NCBI GenBank assembly: GCA_053919585.1
Contig: CM132818.1
DNA length: 64,000 nucleotides
From: Euprymna scolopes
Lineage: Eukaryota
Strand: one strand, 5' to 3'
Shown here: positions 1 through 11,134 of the stretch, in pieces
Layout of the letters: each line of letters begins with the position of its first letter
Numbering within the stretch: the stretch's first letter is position 1
Notes under the pieces: model-generated
Database searches by the model: none
Told to the model about the DNA's origin: nothing
What the model saw: the letters and a program-made list of their open reading frames with translations, nothing else
Made by a program: the position numbers and the translations under genes

Positions 1-460
1 CTTAGTCATTATTATTTTTGTAGGACACTTGACTTGCACAAACAGTTTCGGAAAATTGAATTGCTTATGAATGTCACACAGATTTGAAGTTTTTCTGACA
101 AGCCTTTCATGTATGGTATACAAACTGTTATGAGATTTTGAGTGGTGTCCTTTGGTGTCCAAATTTCTTGGAGCTGATGCTCTCTGAATAGTTGTTTCGG
201 TGGAAGGTTTCTCTTACACTGTTTATCTTGACATGCATTGCTGTTACTACTTGTTGCTTTTGCTCAGCGTTGAAGGCAACGGACGATTCCTTTCTTTACG
301 GATGATGAGAGTTGAAGTTTAGGTAATGTCTAATGAAAGTTGGCTTTCAGTATATTATGAAGCAGCAGAAGTCAGCTTATCCCATACCACTGTCAGAGTC
401 TCATCAGTGGGTACTTTCATGAACAGACTCACTACATCTAGACTCACCATCTGGTTAAAA
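1..460 (-). mobile_element. Penelope-like element (PLE) fragment, degenerate and internally deleted
   Basis: Minus strand ~460-370 reads FNQMVSLDVVSLFMKVPTDETLTVVWDKL (PLE RT motif MVSFDVxSLFTNVP). Minus strand ~130-80 reads ITVCIPYMKGLSEKLQ (PLE post-RT motif IPYxxGLSEKI). Confidence 0.7.
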
Positions 461-544
461 TGAGTCGGAGCATTGTTTATTATTTCCACAAAGTAGTTGA
501 ATTCTTGACGTATGCCAGAGCAAAGTTCTTAGGACAGCAGCAGA

Positions 545-1698
545 TGGAGAACGCTGTGCTAACCATTGACAACGTGAAGGCTGGCATTCAAAGGATGATG
601 AACTGGAAGACATCTGGGCTGAATAGAGTGTGGGATTTCTGGTTTAAGCAGTTCTGTCTTTATTCCCCATTAGTTGCTGCCCTACAAGGGGTGGTTGACT
701 TGGGGGACGTTCTTGAGTGGCTTGATAGGGGATGGACAACAGTAATAACAGACCGATCGCATGTCTATCACTAATGTAGAACCTGTTAACCGGAATCTTC
801 ACATTCAAGGTTTATGGCCATCTTTTGAGCGATGAACAGAAAGGGTGCCGACGTAGATCGAGGAGTACCAAAGTTCAATTAATGGTTGATAAGGCAGTGT
901 TACAGGATGTAAAGAAGATAAATTTGAGTGTAGCATGAATTTATTATAGAATGGATTCGTGAAAATGTCGATGATGAAGGTTACTGGAAATGTTATCAGG
1001 CTTCTGGAAACAAGTATGGCTCAATGGAAAACGATTTATGAAAGAGAAAGGAAGGAATAACTTGGGTGAAGCTAATTGTGAAGTCAAAGTCGTATGGAGG
1101 AAATCTGATTAAGGTAGTGAATGGTTGTCAGTGTTTTGAGGTACAGTGCAGGAATTTTAGTTTGATAAGGAGTTACATGCCATGGACATCAAGACAAGAA
1201 AAATTTTGGCAATGTTTGATATATTCCATATTAGAAGTAGCAAAATTAGGTTGTATCAGAAGAGGAAAGATGATGGGAGAGGCTGGATAAGCGTGAAAGA
1301 TTGATTTGAGGAGATATCATTGAAGAAGTGTATGGTTAGAAGTAAAGAGAGGATGTTCAAGGTGATGGCCAATGAAGTTAAAATGGATGAAACCAAGGCT
1401 GAGTATGTGAAACGTTTGGGCCAAGGAAGGACACAGAAATTGGTTGGGAAGAAGATGCATTGAAAAGTTCTTCCAGGAGATAGCAGATGTCGCAGATGAA
1501 AGATCATGGCAATGGCTTAGAACTGTCTATCTAGCTAAAAGCAATGAAGTCTTTGTTTGTGCAGCACAAGAGCAGGCACTAGGAACACGACTGTTCAAGA
1601 AAATGATTCAAGGAGAGAATGTTGCTGCAGAATGCTGAATTTGTGCAAAGTTTTCTGAGTCAGTTGTGCACGTTGCAGCAGAGTGTAGTAGATTGGCT

Positions 1699-1734
<36 letters not shown>

Positions 1735-2150
1735 CACAAAAGGCATAACCATGTGGGACTTAGTATATACTTGGAGGTTTGTAGGAAGTTTGGGGTGAGG
1801 TGTGTTGGAAAGTAGTTTGAGGAGATACTTGATGAAATGGAAACAAATGAGAATGGCAATATAAAGGCATGGTGGGACAATCAAATGAAACATAATCAAA
1901 GTGCTCAGGGTCAAAAATGTGATAGAGAAGGAGAACAAGAAGTGTACAATTATGCTCTGTTAGCCTTGGAAGTAAGACGTATACATGGGGTTAAAAACCA
2001 AGTAATCACAGTTGTAGTTGATATGCAAGGTGTAGTATTAAGTTGTCTGGAAAGACATTTGAAAAAACTATAAATCCCCGATGAGTTGGGCGACCTTCAG
2101 ATCTCTGCAGTAGTAGGTACTACCAATATCCTAGAAAGACCCTTGATCTT
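545..2150 (+). mobile_element. Degenerate non-LTR retrotransposon with C-terminal CCHC/RLE region (R4/Dong-like)
   Basis: Broken-frame peptides KTSGLNRVWDFWFKQF, RPIACLSL, EQKGCRRRSRSTKVQLMVDKAVLQD, SWQWLR..FVCAAQEQAL, C*IC..ESVVHVAAEC (CCHC), RHNHV, WWD and LQISAVVGTTNIL occur in the order typical of R4/Dong ORFs. Many stops, frameshifts and deletions. Confidence 0.7.
1700..1732. repeat. (GA)n microsatellite inside the R4/Dong remnant
   Basis: Directly visible, ~16 GA units. Confidence 0.95.
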
Positions 2151-2704
2151 TGTAGTTCCTGGTTTGGAGGCGGTATTGATGGAAAGTCCTCTAAGAATGA
2201 ATTCCATCTCTTCGGGGAGACGTTATTAAATGAAATTGGGATTATTATTACACTGGTCAACAACAAATTTGTCTGCATTTTTTTCAGCTGATGTAGGATG
2301 AATTTGATGCGCTGAATCCAAAAATCATATTGGTTTTGCTCAATCAGGTCGAGGTTTTGAGCTATGACTACATGTTTTTGCCGTTTTTGATCATATGTAC
2401 GCATGTGTGGAGCATTTTAGAAGTTGGTTTGGATAAAATGTCAAGTTGAATAATTGTTTTGATTGGAAATTTGATTGGAAATTTTGATTGGAAATGATTA
2501 TTTTCATGACAAGAAGTATTCAGGTCTTATAGTTCTGTGTGATTATGCCGAAAAGAGATCAGTTTAAAGTCATAAAATCTCAAAATCTTCCAAACATTGG
2601 TGCTCAGCATCACACAAATAAGGACTGGCTTGTGTAAGAGGAATTGGTGCCTTGCAAAGAAAAGAACACCATCAATGATCCTCTGGTGGACAGAGACAGA
2701 ATAC

Positions 2705-3150
2705 AGCAAGCAGTTCATGAAGGACAAGGATGGTGACTGCTTCACTTACTTGTGCCACACTTTTTCAAGATTGACTATGAAGTTGAAAGCTGGCATCTTT
2801 GATGGTCCTCAGATCTGGCAGTTTGTCAGAGATCAGGAGTTCAAAAACTCAATGAACGAAGTGGAATTAAAAGCATGGAAAGCATTTGTTCTGGTATAAG
2901 GAATTTGCTTGCCAGAAACTATGCAGAACTTGCCAACAACATGCTGCTTTCAGAAACCTGGACTGCAACATAAGCATCAAGATGCACTACCTATTTTCAC
3001 CAGGGTTCAATGAGTGACGAACAGGGGAAGAGATTTCATCAGGACCTGAAAGAGATGGAGACCAGGTATCAGGGTTACTGGGATGCAGTCATGTTCGCTG
3101 ACTACTGTTGGAATCTAAACAGAGATCTCCCTGCCGCTGAGCATTGAGGA
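2705..3150 (+). pseudogene. Chapaev3-type transposase C-terminal remnant
   Basis: KQFMKDKDGDCFTYLC..KLKAGIFDGPQI..MNEVELKAWKAF, then frameshifted SIKMHYLFSH and SMSDEQGKRFHQDLKEMETRYQGYWDAVMFADYCWNL. Confidence 0.75.
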
Positions 3151-3225
3151 AATGGAAGTTTAAGCCCTGAAGTTTGAACACTGGTGAAACAACATGCAAT
3201 TTACATGTGTTTACCTTTATCAATG

Positions 3226-3713
3226 TAAAGCCGTTTCACAAGTAAGTCGGATTCTACCTTTTTAGGCGACTACATGTGAAAAGAAAGAAAAGGCTTGAAG
3301 TTTTGTTCCAAGTTCTGCAGAAGGGCAGGTCCTGTAGAATCAGCAGAAAAGAAAGTCCTGTAAAGTCAGCAGACGAGCAAGTCCCAAAAAATCACACACA
3401 CACTAAAGTGCTCTTAAAGCTGCAGCAGTTCACCGATACGATCACACTGACGTCGATCCTAGAAAAGACCCCGCCATGTTCCAAACACACTCCCTTTATC
3501 CTTCTGGCGTTCGTCCTCGGCCAATCAGCAGCCAAAGAACGGTCACGTGGGGCCCAGTGATGATCGCACAATCTACAAGATGAGGACGGCGCCATTTTGG
3601 AATTTCTTTCATGTTTCGGCCATGCACATACGCACACCATAGGAGCGTTCCAAGGTAAGGCATGACGCGCAGACACGTGGGCGCTTCCTCCCTTCATTTT
3701 CTTCGACTCTACA
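3226..3713 (-). repeat. 3' LTR (488 bp)
   Basis: Matches 7344-7829 with ~12 substitutions and one CA-unit indel by manual alignment (~97%). Confidence 0.95.
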
Positions 3714-3721
3714 CCCCTCCT
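3714..3721 (-). other. Polypurine tract
   Basis: Minus strand AGGAGGGG immediately precedes TGTAGAG at the start of the 3' LTR. Confidence 0.75.
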
Positions 3722-3757
3722 GGTCTCAAGATCACACATGCGGCATTGCGGCCGGGG

Positions 3758-6636
3758 TCATTTGATGCGGGCGCTCCTACGGAGGGGGATTAGCTGGGCT
3801 TCTTCACCTCCACCAGTGCCACCCGGGTCAGTGTCCACAGTCCTACCATCCGGCTGCGCTTCATCTTCATCTTCATCCGAGCTCTCAGAAGTGGTGCTGG
3901 AGCTATCGCCATCCGTGCTGAGGTTCTCAACCATAGGCCGGATCCACATTTCATCACTGGATGATTCATTACTTTCACTGTTCACCATTTGGTTTATATC
4001 ACCATCAACCAGCACAGCCTGCTTACCAATTATGCCGGTGATCCGTCCCTGTCTGAACCTGGTCGTACATCGGTTATTGGGAGGCCTTACCCAGACGGTG
4101 TCCCCTGACTTGTACCGTCCTTGCGTCTTCTTCTGATTAGGCGGGCAGGCGTCAATGCCCTTAACACGCACTTGATAGCGATGTATCGCATTAGCAGGTG
4201 CACTTTCAGCAGTCGCGTTATCCTTTGGCGTTGTATTGTACCTATATACCACCTCCGCAATCGTGCATTGCTTCCTTGCTGCTATCCGTTTCACACTTCG
4301 GTGGCTACGCTCTGCTATACCGTTGCCACTCGGCACATACGCACACCTGTGTCTAAGCCGGGTCCCCCACTCGTCCATGAAATGCCTGAATTCCCCGCTG
4401 CAAAAGGCTGTGTCGTTGTCCGTGAGAATCTCTTCGGGTGGCCCCCGCTCGTAAAATATAGACTCTAATTGGCGGATGACACTAGCCGAGTCCTGTCTTG
4501 TTAACAGTCGCCAGATCGCAAACCTCGTCGGTCCGCAATCGATTAGTGTGAGGAAGTGCTGACCACCATAGTGGGTTATGTCCATGCCCAGCCGGCTCCA
4601 AGTCCTGTCGACTTCCAGCCGAACTTTCTGCCATTTGGTGGGAGCCGGGTCGATTGACTGGCATATTTGGCATTCCTTGACCACTGATTCTACTCTGTTT
4701 TTGGACACTGACGGGTTGGTTAAGTGTGCGAAATAATATGTCCGTCTCACTCCGGGGTGTCCAGTGTCGTGGTGTACCCTCTTGATTTCATCCGTCTCCT
4801 CAATAGAGGCAGCACATAACGATCCTGGTTCGGCTTCTTTCTACATTGCGTCGAACCACCTCTGGGGCACACGGGTGAGTTTATCTGCAAGATTGCGGGT
4901 GGAAGCGACAAGCACCGCGTTCACCGATAGGTTGTACTCTTCCACCAACTTCCTTAGTGTCTCCAACCTTCGTCTGATTAGCATTTCGGTAGCCGCCTTG
5001 GTGCGCACTCTCGCAATCTGTGTGTAAGCACAATTCTTTAACCTTCCACTGGAGTGCCATATTTACTCCCTTTATCGCCGCATCCAACTCCGCTAGGTTG
5101 ATGTGAGCGGCATCATCCAGTGGTCGCAACCAGCAGGCGTCCTCAATCACAGACCCATTCATCTCCAATAGTGCCCCGATCGCGAGGGAGCTCGCATCCA
5201 CCCACACATTTAGTCTGTCTCCCTGGACGCACCAATCTCCTTTAGCGGGGTCCTCCTGCTTGACTCTTGTGATGGTTTCTTTTACCATGCGAAGCAACAG
5301 ATTGTCCACTGTCTCGTCATCCCAGCCTTTGGTAACTGCACTCGCCCTCCTCTTCATGCTGGCTGTTGCGACCCGGGTCCATCCACATACTGGCAAGTGT
5401 CCTACCAGTTTTCCACACAGGGAAAATATGACCCGCCTCGTGAGGATATGGGGCACTTCGGGGACTGCAGTTCCGTGCCCCCACCTCAAGGTCCCTCGCT
5501 CCTGTTGAACGTTCAACCCCAAAACACGAGCGCCATCCTCCAAGCATTCTGGATCCTTACAAATCAGTCCAAGTTCGGCAAGCTTAGCCCTCACACGTGA
5601 TGATGGCACAACGTCTTCATTCACGTATATGTCGTCAAGGTATGCTGATGACCCCTCTTTTACGGCTTATCCTGTGACAATACAGCATTGACGATCGTCT
5701 TCATGATTTGGGGCGCAACGTTCAGCCCAAAGCCCAGTCGCGTGAGGCAATACCTCCTACCGGAAAACACTATCGTCTGAAATGGCCACAGTGTCTCGCT
5801 AACCCGGACCTGCAGATATGCCCTTCTAAGGTTCAACAGGGACACATTAGAACCCAGCTGGCGCCATTCTCGCAGTTTGCTAGCACACACGTCGGCATCG
5901 CCTGTGAACGCATCAACATATGAGTTCAGTTCTCGGTAATCCATCACCGGCCTGACTTTTGCTTTGTTCTGTTGAGCAACTGCCATTAATGGGATCAGAC
6001 CCTTGGGGGGGGTCCAAGTTTTTTGTAGGGGTAGGGAATCAACCAGCCATCCTCGATCCATCAGCGAAGTTCTTCTTCGTACGCGGGCCTCATGTGGTCG
6101 GGCACATGGTATTCCGTTATGCCATTTTGCAGTTTGGCCGGTTCTCGGTCTTCCGACCACTTCCATGAGGCAGTCCAGGCCCTCTTTTGCTCGTCAAATG
6201 CGACGCTGAAGTCCGGTTGGTCGATCTTTAGTGCAGCACACACTGGGGCTTTCTCCTGAAAATGTACCGCCCCCGTCGCCGTTATGTAGACGCCACCAAG
6301 AGCTCTGATGGCATCATATCCTAGGAGCAGGTCAAAACTCAGGGGTTTTTCTGGTACCACCAGTGCCTCTAGGTTAGCGGAGATTCCATTTTTTGTCCGA
6401 ATGTTTATGCTGCCCACCCCGCAACATGTGCGCGTCTCTCCACTGATGGTAGTCACTCGGACGTTCTTCTTTCTCCAAGTGTGGCAAAGATCTGCACATA
6501 TGATAGTGCGGGAGCACCTGGAGTCGAGGAGTGCTGAGCGCAGTGTTTCGTTGACATATATCGAAACGATCGGCAGCGTCTCATTTAATTTCTGCATGGG
6601 GAAGAGGTTGACGCTGACACCTTGTCCCCGGTTCCG
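3758..6636 (-). pseudogene. pol: Gypsy pol (protease, RT, RNase H, integrase), disrupted
   Basis: PR ALLDS(R)CS; RT VRPVMDYRELN, TRLGFGLNVAP and AYLDDIYV (~5625-5645); RNase H VWVDASS..INLAELDA; IN HDTGHPG..CQIC with MDITH/LTDND-35-GIAER. Split over ORFs 6061-6597, 5660-6166, 4881-5624 and 3758-4750 by a stop at ~6061 and several frameshifts. Confidence 0.92.
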
Positions 6637-6642
6637 TTTCCC
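6574..6642 (-). promoter_or_regulatory. -1 programmed ribosomal frameshift signal (G GGA AAC plus predicted pseudoknot)
   Basis: In-frame slippery heptamer at 6642-6636; the -1 frame runs open (RNRGQGVSVNLFPMQK) into the protease ORF; 6-nt spacer; stem GGGGA..AGGT/ACCT..TCCCC; loop CAGCGTC complementary to downstream GACGCTG. Confidence 0.75.
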
Positions 6643-7328
6643 GGACAGTCTTGGGCTATATGGCCGGCTTCCTTACACCAGTAGCAGCGAACGGCCGTTG
6701 GTTGCTGCCAGCAGTTCCTTGCAATATGGCCCTGTCCATTGCATTTGTAGCATATGATTCCGCCACGTGGACCGGGTCCCTGATACGGTTTCTTATCATT
6801 CGGCGTGGACCGGGCAGCAGCAATTACCGGTTCCCTCATCTCGGAATAATTCTTCATTACAGTCCTGGCCCGATCCACTAGGTCATTAAGGGGCAACGAA
6901 TCCGCACTTGAGCTGGCTCGTAATAGTCGCTTTGCTTCTGTCGGGAGTCCTGCTAGGAATTTGCATGCTAAGGCCCGCTCGGGCAGTCCACCAAACAAGA
7001 CCGTTAACTTGGTCAGTTCTGCCAAGTATACATCAACCGTTTCGCCCGGACGTAGGGTCCTTGCCTCAAGTTGCTCCCAAGCAGTGGCGGGGTCAATCGC
7101 AAATGCCTTGAACAGCGCCGCCTTAATTGTCTCGTAGTCCTGTTTGCCCTCATAGCTGAGCTGTTGATATACGGCAAAGGCGCCGGCGGAAAAGCGCAGA
7201 GGGACAACACGTTCAAAGTTCTTTGCGCCAGACAAAACACAATGTAACTCCAACTTTTCCACCCAGTCAAGTACCGGGGTTGATCCATCGAACTCCGGTA
7301 TTAATTTGAGGTCAATTTTTTCCCCCAT
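6585..7328 (-). CDS. gag: Gypsy Gag, 247 aa, intact, with two CCHC zinc knuckles
   Basis: CYKCNGQGHIARNC and CYWCKEAGHIAQDC; N-terminal IPEFDG motif; ATG lies 15 nt after the 5' LTR. Confidence 0.92.
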   Translation of the reverse strand: MGEKIDLKLIPEFDGSTPVLDWVEKLELHCVLSGAKNFERVVPLRFSAGAFAVYQQLSYEGKQDYETIKAALFKAFAIDPATAWEQLEARTLRPGETVDVYLAELTKLTVLFGGLPERALACKFLAGLPTEAKRLLRASSSADSLPLNDLVDRARTVMKNYSEMREPVIAAARSTPNDKKPYQGPGPRGGIICYKCNGQGHIARNCWQQPTAVRCYWCKEAGHIAQDCPGNGTGDKVSASTSSPCRN

Positions 7329-7343
7329 TTCGCCAAAATAGCT

Positions 7344-7829
7344 TAAAGCCGTTTCACAAGTAAGACGGATTCTACCTTTTTAGGCGACTACGTGTGAAAA
7401 GAAAGAAAAGGCTTGAAGTTTTGTTCCAAGTTCTGCAGAAGGACAGGTCCTGTAGAATCAGCAGAAAAGAAAGTCCTGTAAAGTCAGCAGACGAGCAAGT
7501 CCCAAAAAATCACACACACTAAAGTGCTCTTAAAGCTGCAGCAGTTCACCGATACGATCACACTGACGTCGATCCTAGAAAAGACCCCCCCATGTTCCAA
7601 ACACACTCCCTTTATCCTTGCGGTGTTCGTCCTCGGCCAATCAGCAGCCAAAGAACGGTCACGTGGGGCCCAGTGATGATCGCACAATCTACAAGATGAG
7701 GACGGCGCCATTTTGGAATTTCTTTCATGTTTTGGCCATGCACGTACGCACACCGTAGGAGCGTTCCAAGGTAAGGCATGACGCGTAGACACGTAGGCGC
7801 TTCCTCCCTTCATTTTCTTCGACTCTACA
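7344..7829 (-). repeat. 5' LTR (486 bp)
   Basis: Direct repeat of 3226-3713; on the minus strand it runs TGTAGAG...GGCTTTA. Confidence 0.95.
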
Positions 7830-8122
7830 CAATGCATACTATTCAGTTTACAGTAATCGATATATGTTGTTGGAAAATCATATTTTTTCTTTTAAAAGTA
7901 TTTTTAGGATGATATGTGTTGACAAAATCAGCTGATAATACCATAAAAATGTAATCAATTTTGTCACAAGATTTACTTTTTTTATTTTAAATCAACTTAG
8001 TACAAAAATCTGATCTAATACAGAAAAATGGAAGCCATTTCCTTATTCAGCAAAAGTACCCTAAATCAGTTGTAGAAATCTAGACAACATTCAAAAAGTA
8101 AAAAAAAAATTGTTGCCCAGCA

Positions 8123-8145
8123 TTATTATTGTTATTATCATTATT

Positions 8146-8177
<32 letters not shown>

Positions 8178-8178
8178 C
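8123..8178. repeat. (TTA/TCA)n microsatellite
   Basis: Directly visible. TTA repeats also precede 2251, so the Chapaev3-like element appears to have inserted into this tract. Confidence 0.9.
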
Positions 8179-8704
8179 TGTATCTTGTTTTTCTTTTTAC
8201 AGTAAATCAATCAAATAACTGACCAAATTTTTATCATTGGGAGAAAAAATATAAACACACTTTCATAGAGGGAAAACGGAAAATAGTTACAAAAGCTCCC
8301 CAAATCCCCATCTAAATAGTAACAGGAACGTTATGTATGCTCTCTTATTTTGCATAACAATCACCATTTGCTTTTTCATTTTTAATGTAAATGTTCTTAA
8401 GTTTGTTTTTATTTGTATATCCTTACATTTGTATAATGCCGGGTCTTCTTCTTTTCTCATAAGAAGCATTGAACTTTGAAATACATTGGCCTGAAGAAGT
8501 TGTTTCCTACTCTCTTCTCATTTTCTGTTCTTATTGATCTAATAATAAAGTAAAGTACTATGTAAATTTATCCCTCATTTTTTTAATTTCATATATGAAT
8601 TGCTCCTCTTAACTGTGTAGAGCTTCTATCCTGATAGTTTTGCTTTATTAAAAGTAATATATTTATTATTATAGATCCATTTATTATATACATATATATA
8701 CACA

Positions 8705-9460
8705 CAGTAAAACTCCTTTAATTTTAACTTCCTCTAAAGTTGGACTTCCTCTCATTTGGACTTCTTCTAAACCTGGACTTTCTCTAAACTTGAACTGTCT
8801 CGTCATTGAAATTGTATTAGCATTTTTGATGTGGAGTTGCAGTAAAACTGTTTACATGGTTTAGTCAGATATTGCGCAGAAATGTTAATATTAGTACTAT
8901 GTAATTAATGTAGATTAGCTATTGATAATTAATTTACACTAACTGTAAATTTTTTTTTTCAGATTGCTATATTTAAAATAGTGTAAAACAACCCATCACA
9001 ATGGTTGCACCTCTAAAAGAAAACAAGTAACACTGACTTTACTTGAAAAACATTAAATTATAGAAAAATTAGATGCTGGGGTTGAAAATAGCGTTACATT
9101 GAGAGATTATAAGATTGGAAGAAGTACGCTGTTTTACATCAAAAAGAAAAAGGAGGAAATAGTGAAGACTGCTTCTTTCTCTCCAAATAAAAGACATGTC
9201 AAAAGAAGGACTCTTTGCAGACCAAAGCAAGTTGAATTCGATCGAATATTGCATGTGGTTTGTAGCAAAACGGAATGAAGGTGTAGCAATATCTGGGTCC
9301 ATGTTAATTGCTAAAGCAAAATCTCTTAAGGAAGAGTTGAATATCACAGAAGATATGAAATTCAGTGAAGGCTGGCTTAGGAGCTTTAAGAGTAGACATG
9401 GTATAAGACAATTAACAATGTCAGGCGAACAACGGTCTGCGGATACACACGCAGCATGCA
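8705..9460 (+). mobile_element. Tigger/pogo-like transposon 5' fragment (HTH_psq and CENP-B-type HTH)
   Basis: CAGT start followed by repeated TGGACTT(C/T) motifs (~8740-8782); KRKQVTLTLLEK..IIEKLDAG then WFVAKRNEGVAISGSMLIAKAK..FSEGWLRSFKSRHGIRQLTMSGE; truncated before the DDE domain. Confidence 0.8.
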
Positions 9461-9841
9461 AACGCACATATTCAGTATATCAAATACAATGTGTCGTATA
9501 CATTATTGCATATATGCATAAAAGAACACATTAAACCAAGGCATCCTCATTCCATAAATACTTGTCTAACAATTACACCAAAAACAAATAAAGATATTAG
9601 CCACTGAAAGAAACCAAGTGAAAGAATCGCTGTTAAAAAAGAAACTTAAGTCCAAAATAAACAACAGAGCAGAACTAAACTCCTTATATAAATACAGGAA
9701 CACCTACGCATAACATGCATTCACTACTTAACAAACAACTAATTCTATCACGTCGTTGACTACTATAAATAATAATATATTATAAATAATAATATATTAT
9801 AAATAAACAAGATGAAACACAAAATAATAATAAATAACATA

Positions 9842-11134
9842 CGAGGGGTGTGCAATAAGTAATGCCCCTGACCCACTTCCAGTTGTCTGATCTAGCTGAA
9901 ATTTTGCATGTGCAATTATTTATATCTCTACGGGTTATGTGGCAAATCACAGCTCTGAACTAATTGTGGTTTCTGTTTTACAAGTGTTTGAATTTAGTCA
10001 GGTGTGAAATGGAGCCTGTTGAATGTCGAGCAGTGATCCGGTTTTTGTATTTGAAAGGACACACACCACAGGAGACTTTTGATGAAATGAAAGAAACTTA
10101 TGGTGATAATGCCCCGTCATATGACCTTGTAAAACACTGGCATCGTGAATTCAAACATGGCTGGAAGTCTGTGGAAACAGCTCCCAGACCTGGTCACCCC
10201 CCCACACACACACACACTTCTGCTATTGATGAGGCATCTGTCCGTCAAGTTGAGGCTGCCATTTTGGAAAATCGGTGCATTACTATTTGCCAAATAGCCC
10301 AAGATGTCAAGATTAGTACAGGGTCTGTGGAAACTATCATTCGTGACCATTTGCATATGCATAAAGTGTCTGCCAGACGGATTCCCAGGTTGCTCACACC
10401 ATTCCAGAAGCGAGAACGTGTCGAGTGCTCGAGCATGAATTTGGAGATGTGCCAAGATGAGTCAAAGTTTTTCAAAAGACTGATTACACAAGATGAGACC
10501 TGGGTCCATCACTATGATCCAAAGACCAAAGCCCAGTCAATGCAATGGAAGCACTTGGACCTACTACCTCCAAAGGAGGCAAGGGTGCAGCCCTCCGCTG
10601 GCAAGGTCATGCTCACAGTCTTCTGGAACCAGGACGGAGTAGTGATGACAGATTTCCTGGCAAAGAGTACCACAATTATAGGAGCCTATTATGCTTCACT
10701 TTTGAGGAAATTAAAGGAAGCTATCAAAATCAAGAGGCGGGGCAAAATCAGCAAAGGTACCCTCCTTCTGCAGGACAACGCTCCGGTCCACAACTCGCAT
10801 GTCACCAGATCACAAGCACGGGCCTGTGATTATGAAATCCTCCCCCATCCTCCCTACTCTCCTGACCTTGCACCCTCTGACTTTCACCTCTTCCTAGCCA
10901 TGAAGTTGTTTTTGAAAGGAAAGCGTTTCCCCAGATGATTTCTCAAGTCACGTCGTGGTTGGAGACAAACCTGGGGTGTTTACAAAAACAGTCTTCAGAG
11001 CTGCATCAAACGATGGGAGAAATGCATAACTTTGGATGGTTCCTATGTAGAGAAAGACTAATAACTGTGCCAAGTTACGTTGCTCTACTGCTATGGGAAG
11101 TGGGTCAGGGGCATAATTTATTGCACGCCCCTCG
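9842..11134 (+). mobile_element. Mariner element (DD34D), near full length, 1293 bp
   Basis: ~39-bp TIRs CGAGGGG(T/C)GTGCAATAA..ATGCCCCTGACCCACTTCC (3 mismatches) with TA on both sides. Confidence 0.95.
10009..11061 (+). pseudogene. Mariner transposase, C-terminus frameshifted
   Basis: MEPVECRAVIRFL start, QDETWVHHY, LLQDNAPVH-34-YSPDLAPSDF. Frame breaks at ~10930, and RWEKCITLDGSYVEKD* continues in another frame. Confidence 0.9.

Larger units (their letters stand above)
3226..7829 (-). mobile_element. Full-length Ty3/Gypsy LTR retrotransposon (~4.6 kb), pol disrupted
   Basis: Two ~487-bp direct repeats, 5-bp TSD CAATG (3221-3225 and 7830-7834), domain order gag-PR-RT-RNaseH-IN, and a purine tract abutting the 3' LTR. 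Confidence 0.95.
2251..8122 (+). mobile_element. Chapaev3-like (CMC superfamily) DNA transposon, internally deleted, interrupted by the Gypsy element
   Basis: Left end tta|CACTGGTCAACAA and right end TTGTTGCCCAGCA|tta form imperfect TIRs with a TTA target duplication; a transposase C-terminal remnant lies inside. Confidence 0.65.

Noticed and set aside
3224-3225. Canonical TG terminus at 3224
   Set aside because: It is not shared by the other LTR copy, and using it destroys the perfect CAATG target-site duplication.
3276-7837. ORFs inside the LTRs and antisense to gag/pol (e.g. 3392-3739, 3738-4136, 6308-6757, 7484-7837)
   Set aside because: They are shadow frames of GC-richer retroelement sequence with no recognisable domains.
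8287-8545. Possible host exon on the minus strand (AG...GTAAGG)
   Set aside because: All three frames contain stops across the longer candidate exon, and there is no recognisable protein similarity.
8705-9534. Domesticated CENP-B-like gene functionally linked to the satellite
   Set aside because: It is frameshifted, contains a stop and is truncated before the DDE domain. The satellite consensus has no CpG and so no CENP-B box.
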